Shown: positions 11,075 through 26,748 of the stretch, piece after piece
Position numbering within the stretch: the stretch's first letter is position 1
Layout of the letters: each line of letters opens with the position of its first letter
Notes under the pieces: generated by a model
What the model was told of the DNA's origin: nothing
What the model saw: the letters and a program-made list of their open reading frames with translations, nothing else
The model's database searches: none
Program-made: the position numbers and the translations under genes
From: Heptranchias perlo
Taxonomy: Eukaryota
Length of the DNA: 64,000 bases
Assembly (NCBI RefSeq): GCF_035084215.1
Contig: NC_090370.1
Location: forward strand, 21,018,001 to 21,082,000
Reading direction: 5' to 3'

Positions 11075-11350
11075 CGTCACCAACATCTCGGGACTTGTGC
11101 CAAAAATTGGCCAGATTTGTCCGACAGACAAGTCAAGTAACAGCCTGACACAGCCATGTTCATCGAATCAGAGCTTTCAGCCAAAGTCCCCGACTCTTCC
11201 ATCACCATCCCTGGGGAGCTCCTGTCCCTCCGGCTGCACAGACCAACCAGCGATGGCAGCACAGTCATAAATATCTCGAAACGAGTGTCCCTGGGAGTCC
11301 TCAACATTAACTCAGGACCACATCATGGCGTCAGGTCAAACATGGGGAAG
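11075..11350 (+). mobile_element. LINE APE-endonuclease fragment
   Basis: Translates to NISGLVPK...ESELSAKVPDSSITIPG...LGVLNINSGPH with frameshifts. Confidence 0.65.
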
Positions 11351-12274
11351 GGAGAGAATGACAGCCAATGGGAGGCGGGGGGGGAGAGAGAGAGAGAGAG
11401 ACAGACAATCTGTGTGTGTGTGAGAGGGGAGGGTCTGGGAGGCTCGGGTTGTGGGGGGGGAGAGTGTGTGTTGGAGGTAATGAGCGGGTGGGAGAGCATG
11501 GACCGCCTGTGTCTGAGGTAACCGACGTAACGATGGATGGGTGTGCGCAGATGGCTGACAGACTGGGCGAGAGTATTGAATGGGGGAATCAGACCTCGCC
11601 TCCTCAGGCCGCCCACCTCGCTGGGGAGGGTGAGGCTGACCAGCCTTCTGATGGGGTCTTTATGTGCAGGAACCTCAATCTGCAAACGGAACAATATTAA
11701 TGAGACCCTTCTAGATTAACAGAGTTGTTTTTCAAAGAATTCCAGATGGTCAGCTTGTTTTAACATCACTCGTCGAACCACGAGACCCCTTCATCAAGGT
11801 TGTTTTTCAAGGTTGGCCAGTTTGTGTGACCGCGCTCGTCACGATCCCGGCCCACGCGCTGTCTTTGGGTTATTGTTCGGCTCCTTTGGGTCTTTGCGCC
11901 TCTTTGGTCACGTGGCTGCCTTGCCTCACACTGGGGGTGGGTGAGACGGGTCAGTCACCAATCAAAGTTTAAGAAAAAACGTCAATATTTCCCTCCTGCC
12001 AATATTCTCCCCTGGGTCCCCACTCAGAGAGCCGGGGGACAGCTCCCTCAGACGGCTGGACTAATGCACCGTCCAGCGCTGATCCCCAGAGATTAGGAAA
12101 ATCCCAGGCTCGAGCTCGGGCCTGCTGCTGAGGTTCGACTTCTTGCCTTTGACCTCGGCTGGACATGGGCTCAGTGCCCTCGGGCTTGGTAGCGGGGCGG
12201 GGGTTTGCGGGGACAACATGTGAGGAGGAGAGGGTGCCAGGCAGCTCTTTAATCTGAGGAGTGGGTGACGAGGA

Positions 12275-13280
12275 AATTGACTAGAATGGTGCCAGGGATG
12301 AGGGACTCCAGTTCCGGGGAAAGACTGAAGAAGCTCGGGTTGTTCCCCCGAGAGCAGTGAAGGTTAATTACATGGAATCACTTTGAGAGTACAGAACAGG
12401 GACAGGCCATTCGGCCCATCAAGGCCATGCCGGTGTTTAAGCTCCACACGAGCCTCCTCCCTCCCAACTTCATCTCACCCTATTCTTCTATTCCTTTCTC
12501 CCTCATGTCTTTATCTGCTGTTCGCCCCAACCACTCCTTGTGGGAGTGAGTTCCACATTCTCACCACTCTCTGGGTGAAGAAGTTTCTCCTGAATTCCCT
12601 TCATGTCTTAAATGTCTTCATATCTTCTTCGATCTCTCCTTCCAATGTCCTGCCCACCTTGCTGGTCTCTGTGATCAATAGAAACATCGAAAATAGGAGC
12701 AAGAGTAGGCCATTCGGCCCTTCGGGCCTGCTCCACCATTCAAAATTATCATGGCTGATCGTCCAACTCAGTACCCTGTTCCCGCTTTATCCCCATATCC
12801 CTTGATCCCTTTAGCATTGAGAAATATATCTATCTCCTTCTTGAATACATCTAATGGCTTGGCCTCAACTGCCTTCTGTGCGAGAGAAATCCACAGGTTC
12901 ACCACCCTCTGAGTGGACAAATTTCTCCTCGTCTCTGTTCTAAATGGCATACCCCGTATCGGAAGACTGTGACCCCTGGTTCTGGACTCCCCAGCCATCG
13001 GGAACATCCTCCCTGCATCCAGTCTGTCTGGTCCTGTTAGAATTCTATATGTTTCGATGAGATCACCTCTCATTCTTCTAAACTCTATTGAATATAGGCC
13101 TAATCGACCCAATCTCTCCTCACACGTCAGTCCTGCCATCCCATGAATCAGTCTGGTAAACCTTCGTTGCACTCCCTCCGTGGCAAGGACATCCTTCCTC
13201 AGATAAGGAGATCAAAACTGCACACAATACTCCAGATGTGGTCTCACCAAGGCACTGTATAACTGCAGTAAGACATCCCA
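12275..13280 (-). mobile_element. Cluster of CR1 3' fragments; main piece 12680-13280 on the minus strand
   Basis: ORF 12768-13172 reads QRRFTRLIHGM...RMRGDLIETYRI...TRGHSL, followed by a CR1 tail. Confidence 0.85.
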
Positions 13281-13373
13281 ATCTTCTCACATTCCCCTTT
13301 CCCATCCTTTCCTTTATTGTCGATGTACTCAGCGTACGCCTTTTTCTTTAGTTTTAATTTTATTCATTATTCG

Positions 13374-13502
13374 CGGGTGACTCACCTCCTGACTCCACAA
13401 AGCCTTTCCACCATCTACAAGGCACAAGTCAGGAGTGTGATGGAATACTCTCCACTTGCCTGGATGAGTGCAGCTCCAACAACACTCAAGAAGCTCGACA
13501 CG
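13374..13502 (+). mobile_element. Fragment of the same LINE family as 17673-19402
   Basis: RVTHLLTPQSLSTIYKAQVRSVMEYSPLAWMSAAPTTLKKLDT; near-identical to the reverse complement of 18128-18257. Confidence 0.85.
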
Positions 13503-13524
13503 GTGAAGGTTCCCATCTCTCTCT

Positions 13525-13970
13525 CTCTCTCCTCCCCTGAAGGTGCTGACTCTGACTAGGTTCAGTTCTACACTCACTGGTTCCCCTCCCTCTACTCCCC
13601 TGAAGGTGCTGACTCTGACTGGGTTCAGTTCTACACTCACTGGTTCCCCTATCTCTCCTCCCCTGACGGTGCTGACTCTGACTGGATTCAGTTCTACACT
13701 CACTGGTTCCCCTCCCTCTCCTCCCCTGAAAGTCCTGAATCTGACTGGGTTTAGTTCTGCACTCATTGTTTCACTTCCCTCTCTCACCTCTCCCCCTCCC
13801 CCACCACGAATGACCGGGCTCTGACTGGGTTCAGTTCTGCACTCATTGGTTCCTCTCCCTCTCTCACCCCTCTCCCCCCAAGCACGATGGTCAAGGCTCT
13901 GACTGGGTTCAGTTCCACACTCAGTGGTTCCCCTCCCTCTCCTCTCCTGAAGATGCTGACACTGGCTGGG
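13525..13970. repeat. Minisatellite, ~63-bp unit, about 6-7 copies
   Basis: CTCCCCTGAAGGTGCTGACTCTGACTGGGTTCAGTTCTACACTCACTGGTTCCC is repeated. Confidence 0.9.
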
Positions 13971-14069
13971 TGTTTATGCTCTCCCCCTCATTTCGACATT
14001 CCGTCCCTCCCGATTGCTGCCGGTAAGCTGTCCATCTGTGGTATCTCCCACTTTTGGCGACGAACTCTC

Positions 14070-14320
14070 TCTGACCAGTCACCATTTCTCCTTCATTTAA
14101 AGACGGTCCCTAATCTGTCACTATTTCTCCTTCATTTACAGACACTCCCTGACCCGTCACCATTTCTCCTTCATTGAAAGACTCTCCCTGACCTGTCACC
14201 ATTTCTCCTTCATTTAAAGGCTCTCCCTGACCAGTCACCATTTCTCCTTCATTTACAGTCACGACCTGACCCGTCAACATTTCTCCTTCATTTACAGACA
14301 CACCCTAACCAGTTCTCTCC
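14070..14320. repeat. Minisatellite, ~39-bp unit, about 6 copies
   Basis: CTGACCAGTCACCATTTCTCCTTCATTTA is repeated. Confidence 0.9.
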
Positions 14321-14404
14321 TCTCTCCGCATCTCCCACCATATGTCCGTTCACTTGTGAACAAGGACCTTGCCATCCACAACCTTATTGCGGGTGGCTGC
14401 ATCT

Positions 14405-14780
14405 GGAAACATAGGAACAGGAGTGAACCATTCCGCCACAGCTTGGTATCATAACCCTTAATACGCTGGCCAAACAAAAATCTATCAATCTCAATTTTCA
14501 AATTTTCAATTGACCCCCAGCCTCAACAGCATTTTGGAGTGAGGAGAGTTCCAGATTTCCACTACCCTTTGTGTGAAGAATTGCTTCTGACATCACCCCT
14601 CAACGGCCCAGCTCTAATTTTATGGTGATTCCCCCTTGTTCTAGACTCTCCCAACAGAGGAAACGGTTTCTCTGTATCGACCCTATCAAGTCCTTTAATC
14701 ATCTGAAACACCTCAATTCGATCACCCCTTAATCTTGTATAATCAAGTAAAGACAAGCCTAGTCTCTGCATCGATCCTCA
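14405..14780 (-). mobile_element. CR1 3' fragment
   Basis: RLRGDRIEVFQMIKGLDRVD...GESRTRG plus a CR1 tail. Confidence 0.8.
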
Positions 14781-14874
14781 TAAATTATATAAGTGATCAC
14801 TGTAAGTACAGGATAGAAATTCAGAACAGACAGTTTCAGTTTGTGTGGAACATTATTTTCTCCATAGTCCCAAG

Positions 14875-15590
14875 AAGATGCAAATCCCCCGTCCCACACT
14901 CTCCCTCTTTATACCTATTAAGCTGTGAATCCCCCGTCCCACACTCTAACTCCTTGTTCCCATTCAGCTGTAAGTCCCGCGTCTCGCACTCTCCGTCCTT
15001 GTCCCCATTCAGCTGTAAATCCCCGTACCACAACAATCTACCTCCTTGTTCCTATTAAGCTGTAAATCCCCAGTCCCACACTCTCCCTCCTCGTTCCGAT
15101 TAAGCTGTAAACCTCCCGTCCCACACTCTCCCTCTTTGTTCCTATTAAGCTGTAAATCCCCCGTCTCGCACTCTCCCTCCTTGTTCCTATTAAGCTGTAA
15201 ATCCTCCGTCCCACACTCTCCCTCCTTTTTCCTATTAAGCTGTAAATCCCCCGTCCCACACTCTCCCTCCTTGCTCCTATTAATCTGTAAATCCCCCGTC
15301 CCACACACTCTCCTTCCTTGTTCCCATTCAGCTGTAATTCCCCGTCTCGCACTCTCCCTCATTGTCCCCATTCAGCTGTAAATCCCCGTACCACACACTC
15401 TCCCTCCTCGTTCCGATTAAGCTGCAAATCCCCCGTCCCACACTCTCCCTCCTCGTTCCTATTCAGCTGTAAATCCCCCGTCCCACACACTCTTTCCTTG
15501 TTCCTGTTCAGCTGTAAATCCCCCGTCCCACACTCTCCCTCCTTGTTCCTATTAATCTGTAAATCCCCCCCACACACACTCTATCTCCTT
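14875..15590. repeat. Minisatellite, 45-bp unit, about 15 copies
   Basis: AGCTGTAAATCCCCCGTCCCACACTCTCCCTCCTTGTTCCTATTA is repeated, which explains the 15-aa periodic ORFs. Confidence 0.95.
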
Positions 15591-15849
15591 GACACGTCCT
15601 CACTGTTTGAAATCCAAATTCATTGCAGGCTCTAATTTTCTCCCTTTCTCTCCTGAAGGTGCAGCGTGATGGTGGGGTTCGGCCCCAGTCACTGTCTGCC
15701 CTCCAGTACCCGGCCAAGTGGTAATTCTGCAGTTGAGAGCCGAAACAGCGACCTGCCGGTATTTCGACCATCGGTAGCCGCCGTCTCTGGCTGATTCTCT
15801 CCGGCAAATCTGAGGCCAACGGTGGCAGATCAACAATAACCTGCATTCA

Positions 15850-16260
15850 CACTGAGCGGAGTCTCAGCAACACCGAGTGCTGCTCAGGCCCTGAATCAGA
15901 GCCGGGGGACCCGGCGGACTGGCGGGCGGGGGCCCCGGACATGTGTTAAACCGATCACCCAGCGCCTCCCACCTCCAACCCGCCGCTTCCCGATTTCTTC
16001 TCCCGTTTCCACCGAGTCCGACTCGAGACAAGAGACAGGGCAGAGGCGCTCCCAGTATGCGGGGCGGGCCTGGGGAGCTTGCGCCGTCTGAGCGGAAATG
16101 CAGCGCCTTGGAGAGATAGAGGGGTTTCTGGGGCGCGGGGAATGTGGGGCCGGTGGCCGCCATTAGTCGCCGGGCGTCGTTCAGTGTTTTATTGCCCGCG
16201 TCGCGCACAGAACCGTTTCTCGAAATGCAGACTGAGGAGTTCAGAGCCGGTTTGCTGAAC
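15850..16260. promoter_or_regulatory. CpG-island-like putative promoter
   Basis: High GC and CpG density, GC boxes (GGGGCGGG), CGGAA, and a YY1-like GCCGCCATT near 16156. Confidence 0.5.
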
Positions 16261-16284
16261 AGATACTGACCGTACAATGTCGAA

Positions 16285-20260
<3,976 letters not shown>

Positions 20261-20779
20261 TTTTGGGAATTAAGGTTTGGTGATTAAGCCGCCCCTGACT
20301 CATTTCCCCGTGATACTGGGCCCAGACCAGCACCACTCACCGTGGCTTTGGCGGCGAGGAAGGGCGCGTCCTGGTTGATTCTCGGAAACACGAAACCTAA
20401 CAGAATGACTATTCCACTGGAACAAGGTCATCGCTCCACAGAATGAAATGACTGTCTGTCATCTGCCCAACGGAAATTACCGAATAAAAACGTGAATGTG
20501 AACTTCAGTCCAACATTCAACCAATCAACGTCACGCAATCACAAGTTCTGACCACAAAACTGCCCGTGACATTTCATCTCTTTATGAAATAATTGTTTGC
20601 CCTTTTCTTATTTAATGTCCAGTTGTGGTTCATTTGATTTTCTCGACCGTACCCATTTAATGGCAGTGAGCTGATATTGCCAATCGGGCTCAGCATTCTC
20701 TGGCAAGCAGTTACCTGCTCTATAAGCTCCGCTGATAACCTGATATCTGACGAATTTCCTTTCCATGTTCCATTACATT

Positions 20780-21960
20780 TATGCTTTTATTTTTAGGGTT
20801 CAAACGAGGGGGCACAAAGTTAAACACAAAGCAATTTGGCAACATGCAGGTCTCCCAATCAACGCAAGAGCACGCAGAAGGAATCCCAATGGACCAAACC
20901 CCTTCTCATTCACTGCCACTGGAAAAAAATCCGAACGGACCAACCCCTTTCCTATTCCCTCCCATTGCAGAGAATCCCAAAGAGAAAAAACCCTTCACAG
21001 TCCAAGCATTAAAGAGAGTGCGGTGCCCAGAACTGAACACAGTTCTCGAAATGAGGTCTAACCAGAGCTCTGTATAACTGTGACATAACTTCCACTCCTT
21101 TTTATTCCAGTTCCCTTGAGATAAAGATCAAAATTTAATCTCCATTTCACCTTATATTTTTTGTGAATTCTGTACTTGGACCCTTAAATCTCTATCCTCC
21201 CCCACAGTTCCTTGCTTTTTGCCATTTAGAAAATACTCTGATCTATCTTTTTAAGTTTCAAAGTGGATGACCTCACACTTTCCCACGTTGAACTCCATCT
21301 GCCACTGTCTTGCCCACTCACTTAATCTATCAATGTCCCTTTGCAACTTTCTGCTCCCATCTATAATGCTTACTGTGCCACCTAACTTAGTTTCGTCAGC
21401 ACACTGGGATATAAGGTTCTCTGCATAAGAACAGAACAAATCGGAGCAGGAGTAGGGCCGACGGCCCCTCGAGCCTGTTCCGCCATTCAATCAGACCATG
21501 GCTGATCTTCGACCTCAACTCCACTTTCCCGCCCGATCACCATATACCTTGATTCCCCTAAAATCCAAAAGTCGATCGATCACAGACTTCAATATACTCA
21601 ACGGCTGAGCGTCCAAAGTCCTCTGGGTGAGAGAATTCCGAAGATTCACAACCCTTTGAGTGAAGATTTTTTTCCTCATGTCGGTCCTAAATGGCCGACC
21701 CCTTATCTTGAGACTATGACCTCTAGTTCTTGACTCTCCAGCCAGGGGAATCAGCCTCTCAGCATCTACACTGTCAAGCCGTCGAAGATTTTTATACATT
21801 GCAATGTGATCACCTCTCTTTCTTCTAAACTCCAGCGAATGTAGACCAATTTTACACAATATCTCCTCACAGTAAAATTGCAGCAAATCCTCCTTACTCT
21901 TATATTCCAACACCCTTGCAATGAAGACGAATATTTTATTTGCCTTCCTCACTCTCATTA
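20780..21960 (-). mobile_element. CR1 RT and 3' fragments (two nested pieces)
   Basis: ADETKLGG...LQRDIDRLSEWARQWQMEFNVGKCEVIHF (21251-21420); ORF 21515-21958 with a CR1 tail. Confidence 0.8.
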
Positions 21961-22137
21961 GACCCTTGGTAACTCACTATTTCCAGTATGTTTTTCCTCT
22001 ATTCCTTCTGTTGGGAAAATAAATCAATGTTGAAAACATTTCACTCCAATTATACCAGTTTCTGTTTGGGGAACAAAATGCAGCTGAACTGCAAACTTAG
22101 AGTTTCTGAAGAAAGCGGATTAATGTGAACGTTGAAT

Positions 22138-22208
22138 TGCGATGGCCGGGAATCGAACCCGGATCAACTGCTGGAAGGCAACTATACTCACCACCATACC
22201 ACCATCGC
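22138..22208 (-). pseudogene. tRNA-Gly(TCC)-like gene with a 1-nt deletion in the anticodon loop
   Basis: Minus strand reads GCGATGGTGGTATGGTGGTGAGTATAGTTGCCTTCCAGCAGTTGATCCGGGTTCGATTCCCGGCCATCGCA. Confidence 0.85.
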
Positions 22209-22805
22209 CGAAAAAAGTTATCAATAAAATGGTTCCCAACCATCAGATCCTGAACATCCACTGCAGGCTGTTGCATTTTTTTCTTCAGTTGAACTGGTTT
22301 CTGACGGATCCTTTCTCGCTCTGTTGCAGTTCCCGTTTCCGCCCAGTAGATGACGCCAAGCCCCAATCAATGGAAATTACACAACAGCCAGTAATTGTTC
22401 ACCTGATATCGGACTGAAGAGATAGTCGATCCCTGCAATACTTGACCAGCTGGAAATATACATTGCCGCAACTCACATCAGCCATTGTGTAACATTAAGT
22501 AATTTCATTAAATCATTCTGGAGACCTGAGTACGAACTGGGCACAAATGGCAACTTAATATTCAAGTCGAAAAGATCTGTAGAAAGGACAGAGAAGTAGG
22601 GAAAGGAGGAGGAACAGCAATATTGCTAATGGAAAATATTACAGTAGTTGAAAGATAGAATATCAGTGAGCGTGAGGGGGCAGTGTAAACACTCCGAGAG
22701 AGACTGATCAAAAGTGGCCCCACTGTACTCCTCCAGAAGGTATAAGAAGGGCGAGTTGGGGAGGATTTCTTCATTCTTTGTGAAAGTGTTTGTGAGATTG
22801 TGGAA

Positions 22806-23146
22806 ATGTCTGAATGAGGAAAATCCGGTGGAAAAACTCGGGCCAAGGCCAAGTCTCGCTCATCCTGGGCAGGACTGCAGTTCCATGTGGGCCGTGTTCA
22901 CAGGTCCTGTGAAAGGGGAACAATGCTGAATGTGAAGGTGCCGGAGCTCCGGTCAATCTGGCTGCTGTGCTCGAGCACCTGACGGCTGAAATCCTCGAGC
23001 TGGTTGGTGATGCGGCCCGCGACAACAAGATGACGCGCATCATCCCCAGACACCTGCAACTGGCCGTCCGCAACGACGAGGAGCTCAACAAGCTGCTGTG
23101 AGATGTGACCATCGCTCAGGATGGGGTGCTGCCTAATATCCAGGCC
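22806..23146 (+). pseudogene. Histone H2A pseudogene (TGA at codon 4, frameshift, 3' end deleted)
   Basis: ATGTCTGAATGA...; [35 protein letters not shown] at ~22741 and a histone stem-loop at 23185-23200. Confidence 0.9.
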
Positions 23147-23689
23147 TGTTTCTGTGTCGTAATTTCGATGTAACTCGATGTAAAGGCTCTTTTCAGAGCC
23201 ACCCACTGTATCTGTGAAAGGACTGTGAAGGGAGACGCTGATATCATGCTACCAGTGTTGCTTTGAGCTGCTTTTTTCTCGTTGTGGACGAGATGAGGTA
23301 TTAATGGGACTGGAGTCGGGGCACCGACCACATACCGAGACTTTAAACGGTAACTTATGGACACCAGTCCACACATCACCAGATTTGTTGTACTTATTTA
23401 AACTACTTGCCATGCTGGGCTCGTAAAGCATCACCAGAACTGCTCGACTAAACTTTCCACATCAGTGGGATTCAGCGCTTCGCTCCGTTTCTGTTCTATT
23501 TTGTTGGATTATTCAAATAACTCATCAAACTCACTGGGGAATCACTGAAATGCAACTCTGTACAGAAACAAATGACAGTGAACGGCCTGGTCCCCAGGAG
23601 ATCAGAAATATTATTCGCCTTTCGCCTTGTTGACCAGTAAACCGTGTTTCGAGTCCACCTACCCGCGTTGGTTCCACATGGGAATCAAA

Positions 23690-24245
23690 TAGAGAGGGCG
23701 GGAGGGGAGGAGACAGAGTGACGGACAGAGCAGAAAGCGGCCTCTGATCTTCCAGCTCCACCTCCAGCTTTCTCCACCCGCCAATTTCAAACCGTTTATT
23801 GATAATTGAACCGAAACACAGCGGTCCGCACAAACCCTGACAGATTCGGGCTTCATATTCAAGGATTCCCAGGAACCCGGAGCTTTTAAATAAGCCCCGT
23901 TACAATTAACAGACAGTAATATTCCTGACTAAATACAGTCCCTTCGATAACAAGTCAAACCGTCTCCTTCCATTTAAGTCCCACACCCGATTCTATCTCC
24001 CCACATATCCCCTCCCAGACGGGTTCAGCGTTTTACAAACACCTTATTCCAGCTGATTTGGAGAATCTCATATGTTGCGGTTTGAGTTGTGACGCGGAGT
24101 TTCTCCGCCAGTGTTACCGTCTCACAGAGACTCTCGCCCTGAATCTGTGAAAAGAAAATGACCATGAACTGGACTGGAGCCGAACACATCCCCAGTTACA
24201 GTGAGGCTCGGACACCCCATTCTCTCTCTTTTATATCAGACAGTA
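23690..24245 (+). repeat. Direct paralog of the H4-H1 intergenic region (~36745-37285), lacking both genes
   Basis: Shares CTCTGATCTTCCAGCTCCACCTCCAGCTTTCTCCACCCGCCAATTT and CCCGGAGCTTTTAAATAAGCCCCGTTACAATTA. Confidence 0.85.
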
Positions 24246-25139
24246 TTCCACCTTCATGTCCAGCACTTGAGAGAGACACACACTTTCAGTCTTACACTTC
24301 CGATCAGTGTGTTCATATCACCCTCAATAACTGTATCCAACCTTCAAATACAGCACCAGAGAGTGAGAGAGAAAGGGAGACAGATACGGTGACAGAGCGA
24401 GCGGAGAGGCACAGTGCCACAGTATCAGTTCCAGACTGACCTGTAAAGTTGCGTTTTATCCAGAAAATCCCGTTGGAGAGACAGAAGATGCATTCTTATC
24501 TCTCATGGATATACCAGAGACGGACACACTGTTAATCCCACACTCAAGGACAGTACAGAGAGTGACAAAAACAATGCGGGCCGAATTTAACCCTCTCTTG
24601 CCTGTTGTACTATATTCGGTTTTGCAGATCAGGTCCGTTCGTTATTAATCTCAGTGGCCGAGAGTTTCACTCTGATTATATTAATCTGGGACTGTTGCTG
24701 TCTGATATTAATCCTACACAGTCCCAGCAAATACACCGACTCCCGCTTTCCTCCCATGTTCCTCCAGGATTGGTTTGAGAAATCCTCCCTCCAGTTTCGG
24801 GTTCACGCGTTACTTTATCAGTAAAGGGATCAAGAATAAACAGAACCCATTGGCTCATTTCACAGCCGTCCACGTTATCTCTGATTGACCCTTTACCATA
24901 AAAAGATACCGAGAGAAACAGCAGGGATGGAAACATCCAGTTGAATAGTGAGAGATTGTAAAGTCAGTCTGGATTCCAGCGTTCGGCACTGGTGGAATCC
25001 CATCTGTTTCCCATTCTGCTGCCTGTTCCTGCACTGCCTGTGGACCCCATTCCCTCTGACCTTTCCCCCACTTCCTTTGCTCAGACTCTGAAAAATTCCA
25101 ACTGGGGAAAGTTTCCATCGATTTTGGTATTGCGAATTA

Positions 25140-25530
25140 AACCAGATATCTGCGCATGCGCGATTCAGCCCCGCCCCCAGCGCTGCTTGCTGGTGAGCAG
25201 AAGAGCGCATGCGCGCTCCCCTCCCCCAGCTCGGCCTGTGGGCGCCATTCCCTCAGTGAGCGGAAGAAGATGGTTTAAAACAGCCGGGAATGGAGAGATC
25301 ACGGCCCCCGGGGGAAGGGAGCAAAGAGCAGCCTCGTTACAGCAGCTCATCGCTTCGGGACCGTGTCCGCAGATGGGCTCAGAGATCGGCATTGAGTCCA
25401 GGGGAAGTTCTTGGGGGTGTCCGGGGGCTGTTTGTAAGAGGCGGAGTGGATCAGGAACTGGTCCCGGAACATGGAGTGAGAGGGGGAAGGGAGAGGGCAT
25501 TCTCGGGCTGTGTGTGTCCAGGGTGAGGGA
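25140..25530 (+). promoter_or_regulatory. CpG-rich promoter/first-exon-like element, copy 1 of 3
   Basis: Two NRF1 palindromes GCGCATGCGC (25152, 25205), GC box CCCCGCCCC, YY1-like GCGCCATT and AAGATGG, ETS CGGAAG; candidate donor GTAAGA at 25434. Confidence 0.65.
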
Positions 25531-26069
25531 GACAGAATGGGAAGAGCAGGTTGTTTGAAATCATTGCTGCTTTCTCTCCCCAAACCAGTGTTGAAATGTT
25601 CCTGGTTTAGTTCCAGTCTCACCCTGTTTATTGTTATTGGACAGTGAACAGTGGAAACAGAGCCGGACAGTAAGGATATGGGGAGTGATACAAAGAGCAT
25701 CTATTGCAGGCACCAGGTGACAAGTGTGAACACGTTTTAAACAGCGGCTGTTGTGTTTCGGTTGAACGGTTAGTTCCATGGTGGAGGGTATTAGAAACCT
25801 GACCTGGACAAAGGTCCCCGCCCCATCGGGTAGTGCCATTCATGGATCAGTGCAGGGGTTGTGTTGTGTCTGGATGTCACCAAATTGTTGTCAAACAGCC
25901 CAACACACCTGGTGTGCAGAAGCTGAGAGCTGCAGTACTGCAGTGGAGTCAGACACTGACACTGTTTGTATGTTTGTATCGCTGGTTTTCATTTGTGGTT
26001 ATTACAATGATTATTAATTGTAAACAATTTTACAACACCAAGTTATAGTCCAACAAATTTATTTTAAAT

Positions 26070-26108
26070 TCCACAAGCTTTCGGAGGCTTCCTCCTTCGT
26101 CAGGTGAA
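26070..26108 (-). ncRNA. Minimal type I hammerhead ribozyme motif (inverted copy)
   Basis: Exact reverse complement of 26710-26748. Confidence 0.75.
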
Positions 26109-26709
26109 CGGTGTGGAAATGAAATTTTCGAATCCTTCGCATTTTAAAATCACAGAACAATGCCTGGTGATTACTGCCTGTTGCCAAGGCAATCACAGTG
26201 AGCAGACAGAAAGGTGTCACCTAAAAAGGCCACAGAATATACAAACCCCCCAAAAAAAAGAGAGAGAGAGAGAGAAGGAACACAGTCAATGACCCGTTAT
26301 ATTAAAAACAGATAACATTTGTTCGCTGGTCGGGTTACGTGTGGTGTGACATGAACCCAAGACCCCGGTTGAGGCCGTCCTCATGGGTGCGGAACTTGGC
26401 TTTCAATTTCTGCTCAACGATTTTGCGTTGTCGTGTGTCTCGAAGGCCGCCTCGGCCAACGTTGTCTACCTCATACGTTGCAGGAAAGGATGCCCCAGAG
26501 CATGGTACATTGGCGAGACCATGCAGACACTGCGACAACGGATGAACGGACACCGCGCAACAATCGCCAAACAGGAGGGTTCTCTCCCTGTCGGGGAACA
26601 CTTCAGCAGTCATGGACATTCAGCCACCGACCTTCGGGTAAACATACTCCAAGGCGGCCTTCGAGACACACGACAACGCAAAATCGTTTCACATTTCATT
26701 TCCACACCG

Positions 26710-26748
26710 TTCACCTGACGAAGGAGGAAGCCTCCGAAAGCTTGTGGA
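26710..26748 (+). ncRNA. Minimal type I hammerhead ribozyme motif
   Basis: TTCAC-CTGACGA-A-GGAGG-AAG-CCTCC-GAAA-GC-TT-GTGGA: CUGANGA and GAAA cores, 5-bp stem II, stem I TTCAC/GTGGA, palindromic AAGCTT stem III. Confidence 0.8.

Noticed and set aside
14836-15635. Repetitive ORFs (GDLQLNRNKEGECGT)n and (SCKSPVPHSPS)n as protein genes
   Set aside because: They are by-products of a 45-bp minisatellite that is open in several frames on both strands, with no gene signals.
25290-25526. 78-aa ORF and the overlapping 127-191-aa ORFs in the CpG element
   Set aside because: The frame is not preserved between the three copies (indel near GGGGAAG), and GC-rich DNA is naturally poor in stop codons.
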